A stretch of 64,000 nt of DNA. Origin: Thermoanaerobaculia bacterium (GTDB taxonomy: Bacteria > Acidobacteriota > Thermoanaerobaculia > Multivoradales > UBA5704). The stretch's first letter is position 1; the number at the start of each line of letters is the position of its first letter. Positions 40,411-49,032 of this stretch are shown here, one piece after another. The notes beneath the pieces were generated by a model. The model was not told the origin of the DNA, made no database searches, and saw only the letters and a program-made list of their open reading frames with translations. The stretch covers positions 160,001-224,000 of the forward strand of contig JBGAGQ010000002.1 of the NCBI GenBank assembly GCA_044226625.1, read 5' to 3'. The position numbers were made by a program, and so were the translations under genes.

Positions 40411-40509
40411 GGTGGTCCTCCTTGCGCTGGGCGCAGAAATCCGGTTCGCCGCGGAAGCCGCCCCGCTCGGTTGCCGTCGTACCGCTGAACCGTGATGCCC
40501 ACCTCCCAC

Positions 40510-40525
40510 TACAAGGGGCGTGCCA
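40510..40525 (-). promoter_or_regulatory. sigma54 -24/-12 promoter of the DP-protein operon
   Basis: TGGCACGCCCCTTGTA vs consensus TGGCACGNNNNTTGCW; correct spacing, one mismatch at -12. Confidence 0.7.
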
Positions 40526-40577
40526 GGCATTCGACCCCGGCGGAACGCCCGACCCCGCCCCTCCCACCGCGCATCGT

Positions 40578-40609
40578 CGACGTGTCGGCGACGCGTCGTC
40601 GACGTGTCG
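40578..40609. promoter_or_regulatory. putative enhancer: three CGAC-NN-GTCG units at an 11-bp period
   Basis: CGACGTGTCG-g-CGACGCGTCG-t-CGACGTGTCG, about 55-85 bp upstream of the -24 box. Confidence 0.55.
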
Positions 40610-40658
40610 CGAGGCCCCGGAGGTCAAAAAACGGCAATCCGAACGCTCTGGAACCCGA

Positions 40659-40679
40659 CAAAATGTCGCTACAATGCTG
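40659..40679 (+). promoter_or_regulatory. conserved promoter element, copy 2
   Basis: CAAAATGTCGCTACAATGCTG, 11 nt before the kinase-2 ATG. Confidence 0.65.
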
Positions 40680-40690
40680 ACCGACCCTGC

Positions 40691-43270
40691 ATGAATTTTC
40701 TCGGCGGAGAGCGGCTGGGACCCTACCTACTGGTCGAACGACTCGGTTCGGGCGGCATGGGAGAGGTCTTCCTGGCGATCGACGAACGCCTCGATCGACG
40801 GGTTGCCTTGAAGCGCATCCACGCCGGACCGGGTGCCACGGCCGAGAGACGGGATCGGTTTCGGCGCGAAGCTCGGCTCGCCGCCCGGTTGAACCACCCG
40901 TCGATCGTCCAAATCTACGACGTCCTCTCCGACGGCGAGGACGAGATCCTGGTCCTCGAGTACGTCGAGGGGACCACGCTGCATCGCATGCTCCAAGGCG
41001 CGCCGCTTTCCCCCACCCGGGCGGCGGCGATCGGACGTGACGTCGCCCACGGCCTCGCCGAAGCGCATCGGCAAGGCATCGTCCATCGCGATCTGAAAAG
41101 CGAGAACGTCCTGGTGACGCCCCTCGGGCGCGGGAAGATCTCCGACTTTGGAGTCGCCAAGCGGCAGATCGAGGACGACGGCCTCACCGCGAGCGGAATC
41201 GTCATGGGCACGACCCGATCGATGTCGCCGGAACAGGCACGAGGTGAGCCGGTCGATTTCCGCTCGGACCTCTTCTCCCTGGGCATTCTGCTCTACGAGG
41301 CGCTCGGAGGTCGTTCGCCGTTCGTCGGCGCAAACCCGCTGTCGACCGTTCAGCGCATCCTGAACTCTGAGCCGGAACCGCTCGCACACCTCGAACCGGA
41401 GGTGCCCCGAGATCTGGCCGATCTCGTCCACCGCCTTCTCGCCAAGGAACCGCATCTGCGCCCGCGCAGCGCCGCGGAGGTCGCGGGCGTGCTCTCCGCC
41501 TGGGCCGACGGGCCGGACACCGGCGAGGAGTCGACGGTGGCCGAGCCCGCCGTTTCCCGGCTCAAGCGAACCCCGAAGACCGCGCCGTCCGAACCCGATC
41601 GACCCCGTCGCGGCGCGCGGCGCCTTCTGCTCCTCGGACCGCCGGCGCTCGTTCTCGCGATCGGCGCCGTGCTCTTCCTTCTCCTGCGGCCTCCCGCTCC
41701 GCCGCTCGAAGTCGCGATCCTCGCGCCGACGATTTCCGGCTCCGCGTCGGGGGAGGCGGTCGGCGCGGGATCGCTCCTCTCCGCCGGAGTCCGCGTGGCC
41801 GAGCTGCAGGTGATCTCCGGACTGTCGGGCGTCGCGGCCAAAGTCCCCGACGAGATCGACAAGGCGAAAGGAACCTTGCGGCAGATCGCCCTGGCGCTCA
41901 ATGCCGACGAGCTGATCGCGACCAAGCTGGTCTGCCGCGACCCTTCGTGCGTGGTCACCCTCGACCGAATTCGGGGCGAAGACGCGACGCTCATCGAGTC
42001 GGCGGCTCTCTCGGTTCCGTTCGACGATCCCCTCCTCGCGGCGCGCGCGGTCGCTTCGCGCATCCGCGCTTTCTATCCCGAGCGCCGAGCGCGAGACGGT
42101 GCCGGCGACCTTTCGATCTCGAGCCGCGATTTCGCGGAGTTCCTGCGCCTCTCCTCCCGGTTCCGCGCACGGCGTACGGCGGATCTCGGCACGTTGCTCG
42201 ACCAGGCCGTCTTGCTCTCCTCCCGCTCGCCCCGGTTCGTCGAGGGGTGGCTGCTCGAATCGGAGATCGCTCGCCACCGCTTCCTGCAATCGCGCGACCC
42301 GGCCGATTTGGAGCGCTCGCTCGAAAGCAGCCGCCAAGCGCGAAACATCGCCCCGGGCGACCCGCGGCCGCTCGTGTTTCTGGTATCCGCCGCCGCAGCG
42401 GGCGGCCGGCTCGAGATCGCGAGAGAGGCGCTGAGGGAGCTGGAACGGCTTTCGCCCGGAGATCCGATGGTGCTCGACCGTCGCGCGATCGTCGCCCAGG
42501 CGAGCGGCCGGCCCGACGAGGCGCTTCGGTTCGCCCGCGCCGAGGCGGCGATCCACCGCTCTGTCGCGACGTTGAGCAACCTCGCCTGGTACGAGGTGCA
42601 GCAGGGAGAGACCGCCGCGGCCCGGGCGACCCTCGAAGAGCTGCTCCGGCGTTCGCCCGACGACGCGGACGGGCTTTCGCAGCTCGCCTACCTGGAGCTC
42701 TCGACCGGCGATCCCGCCCGGGCCGAAAAGCTCTATGCCCGGCTCGTGCGGCAGGCGCCGCGCTTCGCCCCGATCACCAACCTCGGCCTGTCGCGGATGG
42801 TCCTCGGTCGCTACGGCGAAGCGGTCGAGGCACTCACCCGCGCCGCGGCGCTCGAACCGGCCAATCCCGTCGCGCGCTTGAACCTCGCCGACGCGCGGCT
42901 CCTGCTCGGAAAGACCGCCGAAGCCGAGGCGGACTATCGCGCCGTGCTCACCCAGTTGGCGAAAGATCCCGCGACCGCGACGACGCCGCAATGGCTCACC
43001 ATCCGCGGCCAGGCGTTAGCCCACCTCCATCGCGGCGCCGAGGCGGTCGCCTCGGTCCAGGAGGCTCTCCGGCTCGCGCCGAAGAGCCCCCAGGTCGCCT
43101 TCGAGGCCGCTCTCGTCTACACCCTCTCGGGCGAGCGCCTTTCCGCTCTCGCCGCCGCCTCGCGCGCCCGCGAGCTCGGCCTCGAACCCGGCTGGTTCCG
43201 CTTCCCCTGGTTCGATCCGATCCGCGCGGAGCCCGTGTTCCAAAAGCTCTCGAGAGCGGGCAGGCCCTAG
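40691..43270 (+). CDS. Hanks-type Ser/Thr kinase - TM - alpha/beta domain - TPR repeats (paralog 2)
   Basis: GSGGMGEV, HRDLKSEN, DFG, GTTRSMSPEQ; TM LLLLGPPALVLAIGAVLFLLL; TPRs; kinase domain closely similar to paralog 1. Confidence 0.92.
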   Translation: MNFLGGERLGPYLLVERLGSGGMGEVFLAIDERLDRRVALKRIHAGPGATAERRDRFRREARLAARLNHPSIVQIYDVLSDGEDEILVLEYVEGTTLHRMLQGAPLSPTRAAAIGRDVAHGLAEAHRQGIVHRDLKSENVLVTPLGRGKISDFGVAKRQIEDDGLTASGIVMGTTRSMSPEQARGEPVDFRSDLFSLGILLYEALGGRSPFVGANPLSTVQRILNSEPEPLAHLEPEVPRDLADLVHRLLAKEPHLRPRSAAEVAGVLSAWADGPDTGEESTVAEPAVSRLKRTPKTAPSEPDRPRRGARRLLLLGPPALVLAIGAVLFLLLRPPAPPLEVAILAPTISGSASGEAVGAGSLLSAGVRVAELQVISGLSGVAAKVPDEIDKAKGTLRQIALALNADELIATKLVCRDPSCVVTLDRIRGEDATLIESAALSVPFDDPLLAARAVASRIRAFYPERRARDGAGDLSISSRDFAEFLRLSSRFRARRTADLGTLLDQAVLLSSRSPRFVEGWLLESEIARHRFLQSRDPADLERSLESSRQARNIAPGDPRPLVFLVSAAAAGGRLEIAREALRELERLSPGDPMVLDRRAIVAQASGRPDEALRFARAEAAIHRSVATLSNLAWYEVQQGETAAARATLEELLRRSPDDADGLSQLAYLELSTGDPARAEKLYARLVRQAPRFAPITNLGLSRMVLGRYGEAVEALTRAAALEPANPVARLNLADARLLLGKTAEAEADYRAVLTQLAKDPATATTPQWLTIRGQALAHLHRGAEAVASVQEALRLAPKSPQVAFEAALVYTLSGERLSALAAASRARELGLEPGWFRFPWFDPIRAEPVFQKLSRAGRP

Positions 43271-43705
43271 CTATCGGGGATTCTTTGGGTCGAAGTTGCC
43301 CCCGGTGCCGCCCGGCGGATCGATCGCGATCGAGGGATCGTGCGATCCGAGGCTGGTTTGGATCGTCGTTGAGATCGACGCCGGGAGCTGAGCCAACGCC
43401 TTGTTGACCGTGACCGTCAATTCGAAACTCGGTGCTCCTTCTTCAATATCCGGGGGAAGGGACAACGTGATGCCGTCGAACGCGCCCGGAGTGAACGTGA
43501 TCGGGGGATTGTTGAAGGTCATCAATGCCAACGAGCTCTCGAAGGTCAATAGGAACGTGTCGATTTCGTTGTCCGGGAGCTGAGGCGCGGTCTTCAGGGT
43601 GATCGTCGCGCTGCCAGGCACGATCAGGCCTACGTTCGGGTTGGGCACGACCGCGGTGACCACGGGTACAGGAGAAACGGTCAAGGTGGCTGAGAATTCG
43701 GACAT
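43271..43705 (-). CDS. DP-motif protein (DP-EP/DUF1888-like)
   Basis: GGAGG RBS; 144 aa, beta-rich, with HDPSIAIDPPGG near the C-terminus; its stop abuts the kinase-2 stop. Confidence 0.68.
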   Translation of the reverse strand: MSEFSATLTVSPVPVVTAVVPNPNVGLIVPGSATITLKTAPQLPDNEIDTFLLTFESSLALMTFNNPPITFTPGAFDGITLSLPPDIEEGAPSFELTVTVNKALAQLPASISTTIQTSLGSHDPSIAIDPPGGTGGNFDPKNPR

Positions 43706-43783
43706 GGAAGTCCCTCCGATCGGCACGGTCGATACCAGCCGAAATTTGAGCCTCGGTCATTTCCGTGGGCTGCATCGACTGAT

Positions 43784-43799
43784 GGCAACCGACATGCCA
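43784..43799 (-). promoter_or_regulatory. sigma54 -24/-12 promoter
   Basis: TGGCATGTCGGTTGCC; GG-N10-GC intact. Confidence 0.75.
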
Positions 43800-43880
43800 T
43801 AGCCAGCTTGCGAATTGAATGGAACTTCGCTCTCCGGCTTTCTTCGGAAAACCTGGGATCGGCCTTGCCAAGGGGCAAGC

Positions 43881-43906
43881 CGACGCGTTTTCCCGACGTG
43901 TCGGCG
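43881..43906. promoter_or_regulatory. putative enhancer
   Basis: CGACGCGT...CGACGTGTCGGCG; the 13-mer at 43894-43906 is identical to 40578-40590. Confidence 0.5.
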
Positions 43907-43983
43907 TGAAACTCCTCGAGGGCCAAGGCGCCGGGCGCCCGGTCGAGTTGCGGTCGGGCGCCTGGCGACTTCGCCGAAAGGGC

Positions 43984-44475
43984 TCAGTTGATCGTGAGCG
44001 AGGAGGAAGCGGTGCAGATCAGCGCGTTGGTCGTCGTGTTGCGCGATTCGACGGTCACCGTCGTGGTGCCTTTGATCGCGCCGGCGAGAGGCACCAGCGT
44101 GCTGTCGAAAGAGCCCGCGATGCAGCCGCCGGAGGAGGTCCAGATCTTCTGGCGCGTGGTGTTCTCGACGAATCCCGCCAGGTTGGTCGGCCAGGCGAAC
44201 GAGAAAGTCTCCTTGTGCGGCTGGCTGTCACAGGGGCTGTAAGAGATCGAGAAGCTGAGCGTCGCACCGTTGGTCGCCGGGTTCGGCGAGAGCGTCAAGG
44301 TGCAGCTCGTCGCCGCCGCCGCGGCCGCGCCCTTTGGAGCGACGCCGAGCACGACGCCGCTCTTCGTGTCCTTCCTCCCCGCATCCTGGGCCTTTTCGCC
44401 CTCCTGGGCCAGCAGGGATCCCGCGGAACCAACGATTACACCGATGACGAGGACGATTGGACGGATCTGCCTCAT
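43984..44475 (-). CDS. small secreted Cys-containing beta-sandwich protein
   Basis: Signal peptide, four Cys, Ser/Thr-rich beta strands, AGGAG RBS. Confidence 0.65.
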   Translation of the reverse strand: MRQIRPIVLVIGVIVGSAGSLLAQEGEKAQDAGRKDTKSGVVLGVAPKGAAAAAATSCTLTLSPNPATNGATLSFSISYSPCDSQPHKETFSFAWPTNLAGFVENTTRQKIWTSSGGCIAGSFDSTLVPLAGAIKGTTTVTVESRNTTTNALICTASSSLTIN

Positions 44476-44689
44476 GATGCGCTCCTCCCTGGCTCTCTGG
44501 AGCCCGGATTGGCCAGGCGGCCCATGGCGCGCCCGGCGAAAGGGGGAGCTCGAGCCGAGCTCCCCCTCGGTTGCCCTGACTTAGGCGGGAGTCGGATGCA
44601 TCATGTTACAGTGTCGTTGAATAAAAGAATAGCTGCAACTCAAAGGGGCCACTCAGATCGACCGGGCCGCCGCGGACTTTGCCGACGGT

Positions 44690-46156
44690 TCAGAACTTCG
44701 GTACCGACCCCAACAGGTACTTCAAGTTGTCGTCGCGCCACTTGACGCCCGCGCCCAGGAATAGGGATTTGTTTTCGAGCGGGTCGTCGAGGCCGCCGAC
44801 GAGGTAGAGGTTCGGGTGGAGCTGCCAGCGGCCGGTGAGGCGCAGGTGGGGGTTCTCGTCGTTTTCGCGGTTGAAATCGAAGGCGTCGAAGGAGAGGAGG
44901 AACTTGTCCTTGTCGAACGGCAGCTCGACGGAGGCGCCGCCGGTGTTTTCGATCAGGCCGGCCCAGAGGCGTAGGTTGCTCGGCGCCTTGTAGCCGAAGA
45001 GGGCCGAGGCGACGCGGGTGTCTTCGCGGGTGAGCGTCTCGATGACTTTCGTCTCGCTCGAGCCGTCGGGGTTGGTCGTGGTGATCGTCTGCGTCTTGGT
45101 CTTGAGCTTGCCGCCAGGGGTGTTCGAAAGCGCCGCCCGATAGATCTTGTTGCCTTCGCCCGGCTGAATGTCGATCCGGAACGTCGACTGCGATTCCTTG
45201 GGATCGGAGAGGTAGTAGCCCTGCAAGTCGAGGTCGAGCTGGAACTTCTGGATCGCGCCGAGGGTACCGGATAGGGACTTGACGCCCCCTTCGATCGAGT
45301 CGAGCGTCGAAACCAGCTTGTCGTGCGCCGTCTCGTCGTTGACCAGCTTGCCGATCGTCCCCTGGCCGGAGGCGATCTTGTCGGTGATCTTGTTCAGGTT
45401 GTCGACCGAGGTCTGGATGTCCGACGTCACCTTACGGACGTTCTCCATGCTCCCTTTTAGGTTGCCCCGGTTCTCGGCCAGGATCTCGGAGATCTGCTTC
45501 GCCGTCTCTTCGAGCTGTCCGGAGAGGCGCGGCAGCTCGGCCGCGAGGTTCGCGCCGACCTGCTCGAAGTTGCCGATCGTCCGGCCGATCTGGGCTCGGT
45601 TCTCCGCCACCAGGAGCCGAATCTCGTCGCTCGTCTTCGCGAGGTTCGCCATTAGTTGGCCGAGGCTCACCCCCCCGTCGCCCCCCGACAGCGCGCCGCT
45701 CAGGCCGCCCGTCATCCCCTGGATCGAATCGCCGATCGAGTTGAGTTTCGCCATCGCCTGATCGAAACTGATCGGCGTCTCCCCGGGGAGGACGGCGTTC
45801 TCCGGCAGCTTCGGCGCATCCGCGGGACCGGGGACGAGCTCCACGTATTTCTCGCCGAGCAAGCCGAGGTTCGCGATCGTCGCGGTCGTCCCCTCGGTGA
45901 GATCGATCGGCTTTTCGAGCACGATCCGCACCTTCGCCCGCCGCCCTTCGAGCCCGATGCCGTCGACCCGGCCGACGCGCACGCCCGCCACGCGCACCGC
46001 CGCCTTGTCGTCGAGCCCGGCGACGGAATCGAAGACCGCGGAGACCGCCTTGCCCTTGGCGCCCCAAGGGTTCCAGTCCTCGATCTTCCAAACCAGCACG
46101 CCGAGGATCGCGAGACAGATCGCGGTGAACAGTCCGACGCGGATGACGTTGCCCAT
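44690..46156 (-). CDS. mlaD: MCE/MlaD protein with long helical region and beta-rich C-terminus
   Basis: FDSVAGL...VRVAGVRVGRV, GLLGEKYVEL; heptad region; amphipathic C-terminal strands. Confidence 0.85.
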   Translation of the reverse strand: MGNVIRVGLFTAICLAILGVLVWKIEDWNPWGAKGKAVSAVFDSVAGLDDKAAVRVAGVRVGRVDGIGLEGRRAKVRIVLEKPIDLTEGTTATIANLGLLGEKYVELVPGPADAPKLPENAVLPGETPISFDQAMAKLNSIGDSIQGMTGGLSGALSGGDGGVSLGQLMANLAKTSDEIRLLVAENRAQIGRTIGNFEQVGANLAAELPRLSGQLEETAKQISEILAENRGNLKGSMENVRKVTSDIQTSVDNLNKITDKIASGQGTIGKLVNDETAHDKLVSTLDSIEGGVKSLSGTLGAIQKFQLDLDLQGYYLSDPKESQSTFRIDIQPGEGNKIYRAALSNTPGGKLKTKTQTITTTNPDGSSETKVIETLTREDTRVASALFGYKAPSNLRLWAGLIENTGGASVELPFDKDKFLLSFDAFDFNRENDENPHLRLTGRWQLHPNLYLVGGLDDPLENKSLFLGAGVKWRDDNLKYLLGSVPKF

Positions 46157-46190
46157 CGTTCAGCTCCTGGTTCTTCGAGCGGCGCCGCAA

Positions 46191-46985
46191 TCAAGCGGTG
46201 AGCGGGCCGTCGGCGAGGCCGTGGATGAATTGTTGCACGCGCGGGTCCTCCAGCTCACGGAACTCGGCGGGCGCCGCTTCCGCGACGATCTTCCCCTGGT
46301 GGATCATGGCGATCCGGTCGCCGATTCGGAACGCGCTCTGCATGTCGTGGGTGATCGTGATCGTGGTCGTATGGAGCCGGTCGTTCAGGTCGATGATCAC
46401 CTCGTCGATCAGCGCCGTGGTCACCGGGTCGAGGCCCGTCGTCGGCTCGTCGAAGAGGAGGATCTCCGGCTCTACGGCGATCGCGCGCGCGAAACCGACG
46501 CGGCGGCGCATGCCGCCCGAAAGCTGCGACGGAACCTTGTCGGCCACCCCTTCGAGGCGGACCAGCGCCAGGCACTCCTCCACCCGCTCCCGCCGCTCGG
46601 CGGCGCTCATCGAGGTCTGCCGGGTGAGCGGAAAACCGACGTTCTCCCCCACCGTCATCGAATCGAACAGCGCCCCTTCCTGGAACGACATGCCGAAGCG
46701 GCGGCGGAACTCGGTGAGCTGCCGGTTGGGTAGGGTTTCGATTGCGACCCCGTCGACCTCGACGGTGCCGGCATCCGGACGGAGAAGGCCGATCACGTGC
46801 TTGAGGAGCACGCTCTTGCCGGTCCCCGAGCCACCGATGATCACCAGCGACTCCGCCCGGCGGATGTCGAGGTCGACGCCGTCGAGCACCTTCTTCGGGC
46901 CGAACGATTTCTTGAGGCCCCGAATGCGCACCTTCGCCGCATCGGTGGCGCCCTGGGATGGGGTCTTGCCGGTCGGATCGGTCAC
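46191..46985 (-). CDS. mlaF: MlaF-type ABC ATPase
   Basis: GGSGTGKS, FQEGALFDSMTV, LSGGMRRRV, DEPTTGLDP. Confidence 0.88.
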   Translation of the reverse strand: MTDPTGKTPSQGATDAAKVRIRGLKKSFGPKKVLDGVDLDIRRAESLVIIGGSGTGKSVLLKHVIGLLRPDAGTVEVDGVAIETLPNRQLTEFRRRFGMSFQEGALFDSMTVGENVGFPLTRQTSMSAAERRERVEECLALVRLEGVADKVPSQLSGGMRRRVGFARAIAVEPEILLFDEPTTGLDPVTTALIDEVIIDLNDRLHTTTITITHDMQSAFRIGDRIAMIHQGKIVAEAAPAEFRELEDPRVQQFIHGLADGPLTA

Positions 46986-46996
46986 GGGCGCGCTCT

Positions 46997-47758
46997 CTAA
47001 AAGAGGATCCGGGTGAGGAAGAAGTCGGAGATCAGAATCGCGATGCTCGCGAGCACGACCGCTTTGGTCGTCGAACGGCCGACCCCTTCGGCGCCGCCGG
47101 TGGTGTAGAACCCCTGCTGACACCCGATCAAAGCGATCAGATAGCCGAACACCGCCGCCTTGATCAGCCCCGAGAAGAGGTCGTTCAGGTCCATGAACTG
47201 GAAGCTCGCGTGCAGGTAGCTCACCGGGTTCGCACCCATCAGCGGCACCGAGACGACGTAGCCGCCGAGGATGCCGAGCGCGTCGGCGAGGACGACCAAG
47301 AGCGGCAGCGTGAGCACGGTCGCCCAGACGCGCGGCACGACGAGGTAGTGCACCGGATCGGTCGCCATGACCTCGAGCGCGTCGATCTGCTCGGTCACCC
47401 GCATGGTGCCGAGCTCCGCCCCCATCGCCGAGCCGGAGCGGCCGGCGACGATCAGGCTCGAAAGGACGGCCGCGAGCTCGCGCACCATCGAGAGGCCGAC
47501 GAGCGTGCCGACGTACGACTCGGCGTTGAAGCGCCGGAGCACCGTGAAGGTCTGGAGCGCCATCACGCCACCGGTGAACAGGGCGGTCAAGAGAACGACC
47601 GGAATCGAGCCGAGCCCCACGCGCACCATCTGACGAAACAGCTCGCGGAGGTCGTACGGTGGCCGCGGCGTCCAGGCGAATACGCGACCCGACATCTCGG
47701 TGAAGCGGCCGAGCTCGAGGAGGAAGCGCTCGATCGGCTGCGGCAGGGCTCTCGCCAA
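46997..47758 (-). CDS. mlaE: MlaE-type ABC permease
   Basis: RELAAV, GRSGSAMGAELGTMRVTEQIDAL, GAEGVGRSTT; TTG start with GGAGG RBS. Confidence 0.9.
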   Translation of the reverse strand: MARALPQPIERFLLELGRFTEMSGRVFAWTPRPPYDLRELFRQMVRVGLGSIPVVLLTALFTGGVMALQTFTVLRRFNAESYVGTLVGLSMVRELAAVLSSLIVAGRSGSAMGAELGTMRVTEQIDALEVMATDPVHYLVVPRVWATVLTLPLLVVLADALGILGGYVVSVPLMGANPVSYLHASFQFMDLNDLFSGLIKAAVFGYLIALIGCQQGFYTTGGAEGVGRSTTKAVVLASIAILISDFFLTRILF

Positions 47759-47760
47759 GG

Positions 47761-49032
47761 TCAGTCCTCCCTCGAGAATCGGGACACGATCTGGTCGAGG
47801 CGCCCGGCGCGGAAATAGCGGCGCGGCAGCCGAAGGCCCAGATGACAAAGGATCTCCCACGAGATCGTTCCCGCCTGCCGCGCGAGGTCGACCGCGGTGA
47901 TCCGCTCTTTCCCCTGCCGGCCGAGCAGCACCGCCTCGTCGCCCAGCGAGGCGTCGACGTCGGTCACGTCGAGCAGCGTCATATCCATCGTCACCGATCC
48001 CGCGACGGGAACGCGCCGTCCCGCGACCAGCGCGTGCGCCTGGCCGGTGAGGCGCCAGGCGTAACCATCGGCGTAGCCCACGGGGACGACGGCGATCCGG
48101 CTCGGCCGCGTGGTCACGGTCCGGCCGCCGTAGGAGAGCTGCGTTCCCGCCGGGACCTCGCGGACCTGGACGATCTTCGCCACCACCGACATCACCGGCT
48201 CGAGCCCCGTCGGATCCACCGGATCGGTCACCGGGTCGATGCCGTAGAGGCCGATCCCCATGCGCACCAGGGTGTTTCGCGACGAGGGACGATGGAGCGC
48301 CGCCGCCGAGTTCGCCATGTGGATCTCGATCGACTCCCGCTCCGCGGCGGAAAGCTGACCGAGCACGTCGAGGAAACGGTTCTCCTGGCGGTCGTTCTTG
48401 GCGTTCTCGAGGTCGTCGGCGCTGGCGAAATGGGACAGGAGCCCAGCCATTCGCAGCTGGGGCGACGAGCGCACGATCTCCAGCGCCCGCGGCACCTCGG
48501 AGAGCGGTACGCCCAGGCGCCCCATCCCCGTGTCGACCTTCAGATGGAAATGCTGCGACGAGCCCGAGGTATTGCCCGTCGCCCACTCCCGCCAGAGCGC
48601 GAGCTCTTCGAGGCTCGAGATCGCCGGGGTGAGGTCGTAGCGGCGGTAGAGCGCGAGCCACTCCGGCCGCGCGGTACCGAGGACGAGGATCGGCAGGTCG
48701 ACTCCCGAGCGGCGGATTTCCGCTCCCTCTTCGAGCAGGGCCACGCCGAGCCAGTCGACTCCCGCCGCCTCGAGCGCGCGAGAGACCCCGATCGCCCCGT
48801 GGCCGTACGCGTCGGCCTTCACCACGGCGAGGATGCGCGACGAGCCCATCCGTCCGCGCAAGGCGCGCAGGTTCGAATCGAGCACGTCGAGGTCGACGTC
48901 CACCCAGGCCGGGCGCAGCGCCGAGGCGAGCAGCTCCGCCTCGCTCGGCCGCCGGGCCGTGGCGGACGCGGCCTCCGGCTCGGGCGCCTCGGGCTCGCGG
49001 GCCTCAGAAGGGTGAAGAGTGATCGAGGCCAT
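47761..49032 (-). CDS. alr: alanine racemase
   Basis: VVKADAYGHG (PLP Lys), KVDTGMGRLG, SHFA, ANS, GYADG. Confidence 0.95.
   Translation of the reverse strand: MASITLHPSEAREPEAPEPEAASATARRPSEAELLASALRPAWVDVDLDVLDSNLRALRGRMGSSRILAVVKADAYGHGAIGVSRALEAAGVDWLGVALLEEGAEIRRSGVDLPILVLGTARPEWLALYRRYDLTPAISSLEELALWREWATGNTSGSSQHFHLKVDTGMGRLGVPLSEVPRALEIVRSSPQLRMAGLLSHFASADDLENAKNDRQENRFLDVLGQLSAAERESIEIHMANSAAALHRPSSRNTLVRMGIGLYGIDPVTDPVDPTGLEPVMSVVAKIVQVREVPAGTQLSYGGRTVTTRPSRIAVVPVGYADGYAWRLTGQAHALVAGRRVPVAGSVTMDMTLLDVTDVDASLGDEAVLLGRQGKERITAVDLARQAGTISWEILCHLGLRLPRRYFRAGRLDQIVSRFSRED

Noticed and set aside
40727-42991. Long antisense or alternative-frame ORFs (also 11427-13202, 18331-20124, 29237-31015, 32445-34193)
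   Set aside because: Shadow ORFs of high-GC coding sequence; Arg/Gly/Pro-rich or motif-free and overlapping well-supported genes.
31042-44690. Integrative island at tRNA-Leu
   Set aside because: Accessory-looking genes follow the tRNA, but no integrase and no duplicated tRNA 3' end were found.
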